Assembly (NCBI GenBank): GCA_950097015.1
Contig: CATNEN010000001.1
Location: 3,038,001-3,102,000 of the forward strand
Direction: 5' to 3'
Source: Macrostomum hystrix
Taxonomy: Eukaryota; Animalia; Platyhelminthes
DNA length: 64,000 bases
The position numbers and the translations under genes are program-made. The first letter of the stretch is position 1, and each line of letters begins with the position of its first letter. Below, in pieces: positions 51,358 through 62,800 of this stretch. The notes beneath the pieces were generated by a model. It searched no databases. It had not been told where the DNA came from and saw only the letters and a program-made list of their open reading frames with translations.

Positions 51358-54300
51358 ATGCGTGTCATCTACCACACGAAGCTGCTGGCTAGCATGCTAT
51401 CTCGCAAAAAGACAGTCGACGAAGACAACCTCCAGGAAACGCAGCTGAATCGCTGCCTGAACACCATGGATCTCACTGCTCTGGGTGTCGGCTCAACCCT
51501 TGGCGCCGGTGTCTACGTTATTGCAGGCGAAGTGGCTCAGAAGACCACCGGGCCAGCCGTGGTCGCTTCGTTCTTCGTCGCTGCGGCCGCGTCAGTTCTA
51601 GCCGGCCTCTGCTACGCTGAATTCGGCGCCAGGGTGCCCAAGTCCGGCTCCGCCTATGTCTACAGCTACGTGTCTGTGGGAGAATTCATGGCTTTTGTCA
51701 TCGGCTGGAATCTCATCCTGGAGTATGTCATCGGCACCGCCAGTGTGGCCAGAGCATGGTCGCAAAACTTCGATAGCTTAGTCGGCGGTAAAATCATTGA
51801 CTTCTTCAAGGAGCACTTGAGCATGTCTCTGCCTGGTCTAGCCGAGTACCCGGACCTATTCGCTCTGGCTATGGTACTACTGCTCACGGTTATCATCGCG
51901 ATCGGTGTCAAAGAATCAGCCTGGGTTACAAACGTCTTTACGTTTATCAACCTGATTGTGCTGGCCACTGTGTTTGTCGCTGGCTGTTTTCTGTCCAGCT
52001 TCGACAACTGGAACATCCGGCCTGATGCCAATGGCACCGTCGTCTACCACAATGTCACTTACGGCCGGGACGAAGTCGGCGATGGCGGCTTCTTGCCCTT
52101 CGGCCTGCAGGGCGTTGTCTCTGGAGCTGGTACCTGCTTCTACGCGTTTGTTGGATTCGATGCGATAGCCACCACTGGAGAAGAGGTGAGAACGCTTGTG
52201 GATGAACAGGAAGTATGATACTATATTGTAACAACGAGTTTCCGAGCATTTCCTGCAAGGGTGTTTAACACCGATGCGTACTCACATTATCAATAATAAT
52301 AATTGCAGACACTAGACACGCAGCCAGCGAGGAGGCAATTCTGTCCGTTTCACTGACTCCTGAGTAAAACACGCTCACGGATACCGTACGCAGGCACGTG
52401 CTCACACACGTGTGTACATCTCCCTGACTTTCTCATCGTCAGGCAGTGTACACTTCACACTGGAGGTTGACTCCCAAGGCGCAAATTCCACGACAAGCCC
52501 CCAAGCCTTCTCTCCGCGGCTACGCCCCGAGTGGATGTGGCCTCGCCGCGGAATCGAGCTCAGTGACCTTGGTGCGAGAGGCCAATGGGTCAACCGCTCT
52601 GCCACTCAGGCCCACTCGCTTCCCTGAAGTTTAACAAACACTCGTAGCTTAAGAGTGACCCAGATGTCATCCTCTTCAACCCACAATCTCCCCCCTCGTG
52701 TCGCAGGTGAAAAACCCCCAGCGTGCAATCCCAATCAGCATCATTCTGAGTTTAGCGATCTGCTTTGGCGCCTACTGCGGAGTCAGCGCCGTGCTAACCC
52801 TGATGCAGCCGTACTTCGCGCTAGACCCGCTGGCGCCATTGCCGCAAGCATTCGCATCTCACGGCTGGCTTGTAGCCAATTACGTCATCGCTGTAGGAGC
52901 CATCTGTGCCCTGTCAACCAGCCTGTTAGGGGCCATGTTCCCGCTACCTCGAGTAGTCTACGCAATGGCTAGCGATGGACTAATCTTTCGCTTTCTGTCC
53001 CGTGTTAATGCTCGTCTGGCTACGCCACTGATTGCCACCCTGCTCACCGGAGTCATGGCTGGAGTCATGGCCTGCATGTTTGAGCTGAAGGAGCTGGTGG
53101 ATATGATGTCTATTGGCACCCTGCTGGCCTACACTCTGGTGGCTTTGTCTGTTCTCATCCTGCGTGGCACCTGCGACCTTGCAGCGTTTCGAAACGGTGC
53201 CGCAGCGAAGAACACAGCTGACAAGCAAGGAGAAATCTTGGACCAGCCTGGTGCAACATCGACCTCGATGAATGATGCCCTGGTTGATGCCGAGGAGGCT
53301 GACTATGTTGATAACGATGAAGAACAGGAACCACCAGAGGCTGTATCAATGAGAGCCTACCTGAGATTTTCTTTCAGTCGTGGTGGCGAAACAGATCCGA
53401 GTCCCCTGACGGAGTACATCACGCGCGTCAACTCGGGAGTGTTTCTGATCGCTTCAGGAGCGCTGGCTTTCATACTGGAACGACTGCCAGATCGACTTCA
53501 AGCCGGCCGACCCGAGGCGGTGATCCCGGCGGCAATCACCGGCCTGGTGTGCCTGGCGACCATGATCAGCCTGGCGCTGCAGCCGCAGAGTAGAAAACGG
53601 GTCGCTTTCAAGGTAAATTCTAATATGGCAAATACGTCGTACGAAGAACGCAGTAAAGAAAGACATATTCTTTTTTCAAAGAGAGTTTGTTTATTTTTAA
53701 GTAGCCTAAAAGTTGGTAGGTATCATTAAGGTAGATCAGTTTTTTTCGGTGAGGCCACATTGGTTTAGGGACTTGCGTCAGGAAGACGTTTAACAACGAT
53801 TTAACGAGTTGATTCTACGAGCGTAGCCTTGTGGTTAGAGCGTCGGCCTCACAACTTGAAGGTCAGGGGTTCGATTCCCGACTCCAGTGGAACTATTTGT
53901 TTCGTTTAGCAAGACGCTCAACTCCACATTGCTTCAGTTCACCCAGCTGTTAACTGGGTCCCAGCATTAACTGGGATAATTGAAGGTGGGTGTGGCGTCC
54001 CCCCAGTCCATGGACTGAACAGCCGTACGCAGCCTTCAGATGCGCCGCGCAATAGCTGCGGCTGTTCTGTCGGCTGCACGTCTGGCCCAAGTTGGGGCAG
54101 GTGTAATAAATTATTATATTTTCTTATAATTATTATTATCATGAAAGACGTAGAAACCAAAATAAATGAGTACTACTTAAAGTCAAATGGTAAAATGACA
54201 GCCGTGTTATTCTACTCATTAAACTTTTTTTCAACAGGTAGAAGAATTTGATGACTTGAATTCAGAGCCGTTAAGTGTCGTTTAAGGTAAATCAGATTTT

Positions 54301-54637
54301 CTCACAGAATTTCAATGTAAAAATCCAATCACCGCAGGTTCCTTGGGTGCCTTTCCTGCCGTGCCTGTCGATTCTGGCTAATTTGTACCTGATGACGGCA
54401 CTGTCTAGCAGCACCTGGCTACGTTTTGTTGTTTGGAGTGCCGTAGGTTTTATCATCTACTTTGGCTACGGTCTGTTGCACAGCACTGAGCACCAGCTGC
54501 AGACCCGGCCTCGAATTTTAGCAGCATCAGCAGCAGCAGCAGCAGATGGTGCAGCTGCAACCTATGGCATCAATGGAATGCAACACAGGCCAACAGTCAC
54601 TAGTCTCAATACAGATCACTCCACCTTTGTAGACTAG
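51358..54637 (+). CDS. Cationic amino acid transporter (SLC7A1-4/CAT family), ~677 aa
   Basis: Exons 51358-52185, 52707-53612, 54338-54637. Motifs: [89 protein letters not shown]. Probable 5'-UTR exon ending at 48636 (CAG|GTGAGT). Confidence 0.95.
52290..52610 (-). mobile_element. SINE family A copy
   Basis: Reverse complement of 36275-36635. Confidence 0.85.
53820..54115 (+). mobile_element. SINE family B copy
   Basis: Colinear with 2081-2385. Confidence 0.85.
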
Positions 54638-54954
54638 ACTTTTGACGCGATTTTTGTTCGTCTTGGAGAGAAATCCAGGGCTCGTTGTTTCACTTAAAAA
54701 AGCATCAATTTCTTTTCCTTTGCGTGCCAAATTCGATTTTCTAATTGTGCTTTTAAAATAGTGAAACTTTCCAATGGTATTAAGAAAGAATACTATAGTA
54801 CTAAAGAAAGAAGAAATAAATAATCTTTTAATGATCACTCATTAATACTAATATAGTTAAAACGACTTGATAAACTGTCAAAGCAACTTTTAAAACAATC
54901 TGAATGAAACAACCTTTCATTACAAGATAAATTAAGTAATTTAGTGTACAGTCT

Positions 54955-55850
54955 CTGCTAAGACTGTACTGTCTGTGCTGCCACCCTACTGTCTGTGCTG
55001 CCACCCTACTGTCTGTGCTACAACCCTACTGTCTGTGCTGCCACCCTACTGTCTGTGCTACAACCCTACTGTCTGTGCTGCCACCCTACTGTCTGTGCTG
55101 CCACCCTACTGTCTGTGCTGCCAACCTACTGTCTGTGCTGCCACCCTACTGTCTGTGCTGCCACCCTACTGTCTCTGCTACCACACTAGGGTGATGTCTG
55201 TGCTGCCACCCTACTGTCTGTGCTACAACCCTACTGTCTGTGCTGCCACCCTACTGTCTGTGCTGCCACCCTACTGTCTGTGCTGCCAACCTACTGTCTG
55301 TGCTGCCACCCTACTGTCTGTGCTGCCACCCTACTGTCTCTGCTACCACACTAGGGTGATGTCTGTGCTGCCACCCTACTGTCTGTGCTGCCACCCTACT
55401 GTCTGTGCTGCCAACCTACTGTCTGTGCTGCCACCCTACTGTCTCTGCTACCACACTAGGGTGATGTCTGTGCTGCCACCCTACTGTCTGTGCTGCCAGC
55501 CTACTGTCTGTGCTGCCACACTAGGGTGATGTCTGTGCTGCCACCCTACTGTCTGTGCTGCCAGCCTACTGTCTGTGCTGCCACACTAGGGTGATGTCTG
55601 TGCTGCCACCCTACTGTCTGTGCTGCCAGCCTACTGTCTGTGCTGCCACCCTACTGTCTGTGCTGCCACCCTACTGTCTGTGCTGCCACCCTACTGTCTG
55701 TAATGCCACCCTACTGTCTGTAATGCCACCCTACTGTCTGTAATGCCACCCTACTGTCTGTGCTGCCACCCTACTGTCTGTGCTGCCACCCTACTGTCTG
55801 TAATGCCACCCTACTGTCTCTGCTACCACACTAGGGTGATGTCTGTGCCA
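54955..55850. repeat. 20-bp minisatellite; same family as 48758-49840, with interspersed CACACTAGGGTGATG variant units
   Basis: Unit CTACTGTCTGTGCTGCCACC. Confidence 0.95.
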
Positions 55851-56830
55851 GCACACCTATTTATGTTACGACCCTTATAGTGAAATAAATTCTAAGGAAA
55901 ACAAGGCAATTTTTGTTATTTAAAAACATTTATTTTTCAAGATCTGTATTTTTGAGATTTGATATTAGTTGCATTTTTCTACGGAAATCTAACATGTTAT
56001 TGGATGTGTTATTTACTTTATAGTTAGTAACAGGAATAACACGGTTTTTTATTCTTGGTTGCAGTTCTGCAGGTATGTGATTATGGAAAAGTCGCATTTC
56101 GAGAAGGTTATATAGAAAATGGGATATTAGGCCCTTATTATTTTTCTATGAGTTCATGAGTATAATAATTAAGGATCATACAAGCACACAGCAACAAATA
56201 GTACAGCAACACGCAGTCCTTGAGTAGCATTTGAAAACAAAGCCGTTTAAAGCAAGTTTGGAATGATTTCATTAAGTTATTCATATCATAAATATTTTTA
56301 TTTAAATAATGAATGAATTATTTTATAATTAATAAATATAGTTGAAGTACAAAAAATATTGATTACATATTTTGTTTACAAACAACTATTCGTAATTATG
56401 TGTTTTAAAAAGAAACCAAGTGATTTGAAGGCCCAGATATTTCAAATTGTTTACCCGTCCCTTATTGCAAGTACTTTTCGAATGGTGGTCACAATTCTTC
56501 GGAAAACATTATTAAATGGGTTATAATTAAAGTTTAGTGCAGGTGGTGACGGTCTCCCCAGTCCATTGACTGAACAGCTGAACAGCCTTTGGAAGTTATA
56601 CTAGTGACCAAATTGTAAGGCTTTTGGTTCTAATTTATATTTATTATTGTATTATATATTTGTCTCAATGAGAGCATAATTTTTGGGTATGAAAATTCTA
56701 TACTAAACTGAGCTATTCACTTAGTTTATTACTCAATTATTGGAACTCTCCATGTAAAAAATAAATTATCTGAGTCAGCTAGAATTCCTCCCCATCAAAG
56801 CAGCTTGTACAGCAAATTAGTGAGATAATT

Positions 56831-59800
56831 TTAAAATTTTGGAAAAATTAGTGTCTTTGTTAGCGTCGAAGTGTAGCACGGTATCTGCCGGTCTGACGAA
56901 CTTAGTTTCACATCCGCTGTCACTCTAGGTAGCAGTTGAGTGAACTCCGGCGGACTATGGGCGCCGTCGTTATACGCTTTGAGAATTGAGTCTTTCAGAG
57001 CTTGAATAAATAATGTTCCTGTAGGCAGCCGCTCAGATTCGTCACCATCAGTGACGCTATAAACGTAGAGTGAGTCCTCATTTTTTTGCGCATTACAACT
57101 ACCTGGACAATAATTTATTTGTCTCGTCATCACGACTCGACATGCCTGAATAATGAATATTTTCGGTTTTCCTTGCAGCGTTGGACTTTTTCTGAGATTC
57201 TCGAAAAGCTTTTTTAAGCATACTTTATGTCCTTCATATGAAAATATGTAACCAGATTCTCCATGGGACATTATGCACAACAAAAAAGCGGTGCAAGTAT
57301 TCAATTCATTCTGTTCAAAAATGTGAAGATAGCTTTTGGAATCGAAGAATTGGCTTCGCAAATTCTTCAGGATCTTATATCTAAATCCTAGCTTTTCTAG
57401 ACAAAGAGGCAGGCATCCACGCTCAACATCACTTTGGGCTCCATCTCTTGAAGTTAATCCACTATCAAGCCCAAACTGTTCGATGTTTAATACAACTGCT
57501 AGTTTCAAGGCTTTCCTGCAATTTCCGAAGCAATCTGTTTGTCCTTTATTAGATCCAGCACCTAACAGGTGTTCAGCAACAAGAGTCGCACCATTTTTCG
57601 CTGCGTGTGTCAAAGCAGTGTAGCGCAGTTCATCCTGTTTAATATTTTTGAATGTAAGCGATTAAATGGAGTTAGAAGCTAGAAAAATGCTGTCTATTAA
57701 GGTAGATCAAGGACTTATAGACTACCATTTAGTGACCCGAAGCCAGCGAGGAGGCAATTCTGCCCATTCCGCTGACTCCTTGAGCACACACGCACACAGA
57801 TACCGTACGCATGCGCACGCTCACACATGTGACTTACTCATCGTCAGGCAGGGTACACTTTTATTGTGCGCCTTCATGGAGGTTGGCCGTCAAAGGCATA
57901 AATTGTACAAGCCTCCGAGATTTCTCTCAGCGGCTGCTCCACATGCGGCCTCGCATGTCAATCGAAGTTGCTGGGACTTTAGTGCGAGAGGCAAATGCGT
58001 CAACCGCTCCGCTACTTACCCCCCGTATAGTCTCGTTACAGATGAATTAATTAGAGATATCTCTTAAAAGATCACGAACTTTGAAAATCCGGACTTGTAA
58101 TTGTAATGATTTTTTAGTTCTGATAACTAATTGCTACTAATTTCGCATTGCTACCCATTCAACTAAAGATTTGAAATATTTTCGATTAAAAGGATACAGA
58201 TTTTTTATTATAGGTAAATACTCGGAGTTTTTCGAATTCCTTGAATTTTAATTTTGCTGTAGGAGCCATTTGCTTTCATTCAAAGCAAATTATTGAAATT
58301 TTTGCGTACTCACTATTAATCTGTGATCGGCGCCCATTTCAAGCAGAGCTATGACCACTTCGTCGTGTCCACTCTGTGCAGCTAGCATCAATGGTGTCTG
58401 CTTCAAGTTGTCCGGTCTGTTTACTTCAATTAACAAGTGCTCATGCGAAATAGCTTGCGTCGTCTGATAAACTTTCACGACTTGCAGGTGGCCTTGGAGA
58501 CTGGCCCAGCTGAGAGCTGATCGGCCTAGTACATCGCAGGCTGTAACCGACTGCGGATGCTTTTCTATTATGAACTGAACAAGGTCGCTTTTTTCCCTCT
58601 TCGCAGAGACTATCAGAAGGGTTTCGTTCATCGGCGAGACCCGCTGAAAAAATTCGCTTGCGCCTCGAACGTAGCTGATCAGTTCCTCATCGGTCCACTG
58701 ATCAGGAAATCTAAATAGCGTTTAGAACAGTTGAGGGCATTGAATTAGCTTTATTCATCGAATGAGCGCAATTAAAGTGCCTCGATTTCTTGAAGATTAC
58801 CTACCTTTCTTTCAACGACTCGGTGAGTTTTCGCTGCTCAATAAGCCCTTTTAGCTTTTCTTTTATGTTGTTTACTGATTCCCTGTCTTTTGCGTTATAT
58901 GCAAAGCGATTTTCTTTCAAAAGGGCTTCCATTTTTTCCAAGCAGATCTTTAACTGCTTTCGAGAGTTGCTGTAGTGACACACTGTCATTAGCTCTTCAA
59001 AGTCCGGGTCCTCTTGCAGTTGCTCAAACCAAGAGTCAATGTTCACAATCTGGAGTAATTCAGCTTGCAAGCTCCAGTAGAGGCAGCAAAAATTAATAAA
59101 CATCGGAGATTTGCCTTCTGCTGCTTGAGATTTCCGAACGACAAGCAGAGCCCTAACGAAATCTGGCAGGAACATCAATCCGTCCAATTGCGAATTCCAA
59201 GGAATGCAGAATCTCCAAGCCCAGTCGAAATTTATAGGACCAAATACTTTTTGGATATCGCTCGGCTCCCAGCTTCTGGTCACTCTGTGATCTGAGAGAC
59301 TTCTTATTAATTGTCTAGCGCTTAAAGGGTCATTGTACTTGATGTACACCAGCGCTTTCATGCAGATAATTGCTGTTCTGCACCAGTATTCGTTCTCGAG
59401 TTGTTTAAAGACTTCTAGTTCAGCATTCACGTTGCACTCGGAAGTCACCAGCTGCTCGAAGCAGGTCAATACGACTTTGTACAGCAGACCATACTTTTGG
59501 CCACTTGCTTCGTTACCTTCATGTCTCATGTCGTTTGGCAATACTTGCAGAGGGACCAGGATGTATGGGTGAAAGTAGAATCTTTTGTGAGGAAGATCCC
59601 GCAACTGTCTTTTAAGAGCTTTTGTTATAATTTCTGACAAGTTAGCTTTCAGCTGCGTAAGTTGGCTTCGGACTCTGCACTTCGTCTGCTGAAAGTCGCC
59701 TTCGATTCCTGCATTGCTGAAGTATAGCTGACAGTCTGGCAGGAAAAAGTTTGGCATACAAATTTCCGGAGTCCCGTCTTTGTCGAGAAACTCAATAATT

Positions 59801-62800
59801 TTGTTTATCGCTTCGTTTAGAAGAAACAAGAGATTTACAGGCTCCCATGGCACCACAACATTCATTTCATGTTCGCTCAGTAGGTAAAGAATTAAAGTTT
59901 TTGCGTGGTATGTTTTTAGGCCAGGTCGGTCAAATTTATACGACAAGATTCTTTTGAAAATGAACTTCAGTAGATAAAACAACTGGCCCTGACTGTCATT
60001 TAGATTTCTCAGCAACTGTTTCTCTAGAAAGCTGGTGCTGATTCTAGCTTCGTATTCCTTTGTAGGCCTTGTGGCTCTTACTAGGTGCAGAAGTGGTCTG
60101 TTTTCGACATCGAAATCCTGCATGTGGCGCTGTCCACGAATGAAGCTGCTGCAGCACTGATACGCATAACAGGTACTCTCGGCAGGCTTGGCACCGCAAG
60201 CGTGTTTTTGAATTGCCGCTTCGCTGCCTGAAAAAACAATGAATAACTAAAATGACCGTCAAATTGTTTCTTGGTTTGTGTTTAAAATTTAAGCTTTGTG
60301 CGTTATTTCCTGCGTTGTGCCAGCTTATCGCCCTCCTGTGTCTTGTCAGCCAAGTGTATTCGGGCTGGTTAAGGCTCGTTGCATCAAATAACTAGTTTTT
60401 TTGGTGTGCATCTATTCGATTTTCATTAAAAATATTAAGAGGCCATTAAAAAGAGTGTATACGCTCGTTTGATGGCAGTGAGGACCAGACCTAAGCATGT
60501 CTCGCCTCTGGCTTTGTTATACCATTTTTGTGCCCCGGGCCTGGAGCCGATTGGCCGGTCCACCGGTCTCTCCTTTCCTGTGTGCTTCCAGCCAGTCCTA
60601 CCCCTTGTCGCGTGCAGATTGGCTGGTGGGTTTGGTTCTCTTTGTCCCTCGTCTCTTGACGTGGCCTATTTAGTCTGTTTTAGTCCGTTTAGACCAGGGG
60701 TCGGCAAACTCCGGCCCGCGGGCCAGATGCGGCCCTCGAAGCTCCCAAATCCGGCCCGTTGCCCCTTCTGACATCTACAGTGTCCTGTTTCATCTCTCCC
60801 GTGTCTCATCTCTCCTGTGTCTCATCTCTCCCGTGTCTAATCTCTCCTGTGTCTCATCTCTCCCGTGTCTCATCTCTCCTGTGTCTCATCTCTCCTGTGT
60901 CTCATCTCTCCCGTGTCTAATCTCTCCTGTGTCTCATCTCTCCCGTGTCTAATCTCTCCTGTGTCTAATCTCTCCCGTGTCTCATCTCTCCCGTGTCTCA
61001 TCTCTCCCGTGTCTCATCTCTCCCGTGTCTCATCTCTCCCGTGTCTCATCGCTCTCGTGTCTAATCTCTCCCCTGTCTTATCTCTCCCGTGTCTCATCTC
61101 TCTCATGTATCATCTTTCTGTGTCTCATCTCTCCCGTGTCTAATCTCTCCTGTGTCTCATCTCTCCCGTGTCTAATCTCTCCTGTGTCTAATCTCTCCCG
61201 TGTCTCATCTCTCCCGTGTCTCATCTCTCCCGTGTCTCATCGCTCTCGTGTCTAATCTCTCCCCTGTCTTATCTCTCCCGTGTCTCATCTCTCTCATGTA
61301 TCATCTTTCTGTGTCTCATCTCTCCCGTGTCTAATCTCTCCCGTGTCTAATCTCTCCCCTGTCTTATCTCTCCCGTGTCTCATCTCTCCCCTATCTCATA
61401 TTTATACAGTCAATGCGGCCCGTTGTCGTGTTTTAGGTTTTCTCTTTGGCCCGCCAGCAAATAAGTTTGCCTACCCCTGGTTTAGACACTACCACATAGG
61501 GGCGCCACTACCACATGGGGACGCCACTACCACATGGGAAGCGCCACTACCACATGGGAAGCGCCACTACCACATGGGAAGCGCCACTACCACATGGGAA
61601 GCGCCACTACCACATGGGAAGCGCCACTACCACATGGGAAGCGCCACTACCACATGGGAAGCGGCACTACCACATGGGAAGCGCCACTACCACATGGGAA
61701 GCGCCACTACCACATGGGAAGCGCCACTACCACATGGGAAGCGCCACTACCACATGGGGCCACTACTCGTCATATGCAGGGTGCCACATAGTTTCTTCAG
61801 CCGATTAGGGGGGCGTGGCCCTACGACCCACTATGCCTTAGACATGTAAGAATCTGTTTATCGAATTGTGCAAGACAATTAAGCAGGCTATTAGAGCAAC
61901 TAACTCACTCGAACCCTTGAAGTAAGCAAATGAGACGACCAGCTTTTGATACGACGGGTAAGAAAACACAAAGTAAATAAAATTAAACTTACCAATTAAG
62001 GCCCGTACAATAGCGTAGCCTTTCTCTACTAATGCTTTTTCGGTGCTTAGTTTACATTCGCAGGCTTCGCTTAGGTGTATAGGCTCTTCAGCCCTGACTA
62101 TTAGTGTCCAGTTGATGTCTGAATCGCTTGAAATCGAACCGTTTACCTGCGTCAAGTTGTCAGCCCAACCTTCAGCATAGCTGCCAGTTATGTGAATATC
62201 TTCGTTGGTGATTTGCCTTACAATGTACTGCAAGAAATCTGCCATTGTCTGTTGAAGCATTGCTCTTTGTGCCGTGAAGCCAGCTGCGTTCAGCATGGCA
62301 TGAATAGTCAAACTAAGAAGCCTGTCGTCCGTAGTTTCCCGCCTGCTGTAGTAATACAATAACGAATGTATAAATTAGTCACTGGGAGCTTGCAGCCCAT
62401 TGTTTAAAGCTTCGGACTTCTGACCAAGAGTTTGGGAGTTTGCATCGCAGCCAAAAGGAATCAATTGTGCCTTTGGGCAAGAAACTTGATTCCCCGTGTG
62501 CCTCAGCTCACCCAGCGTCAACATAGGCACCAGTATCAGCTAAGGGGAAGAGATTGTGAGTGCGGCGGCCTCCACAGTCCATGGATTGACTCTTTAGAGT
62601 TAATTCTACATAGCCTAGTACAGAGGTTGTAGCCTAGTGGTTAGGGCGTCGAACTCACGACTTGAAGGTCGGAGGTTCGATTCCCGACTTCACTGAAACT
62701 ATTTGTTTTCTTTTAGCAAGAAGCTTAACTCCGCATTGCTTCAGTTCACCCAGCTGTTAAATGGGTACCAGCATCAGCTGGGATAGTTGAAGGTGGGTGT

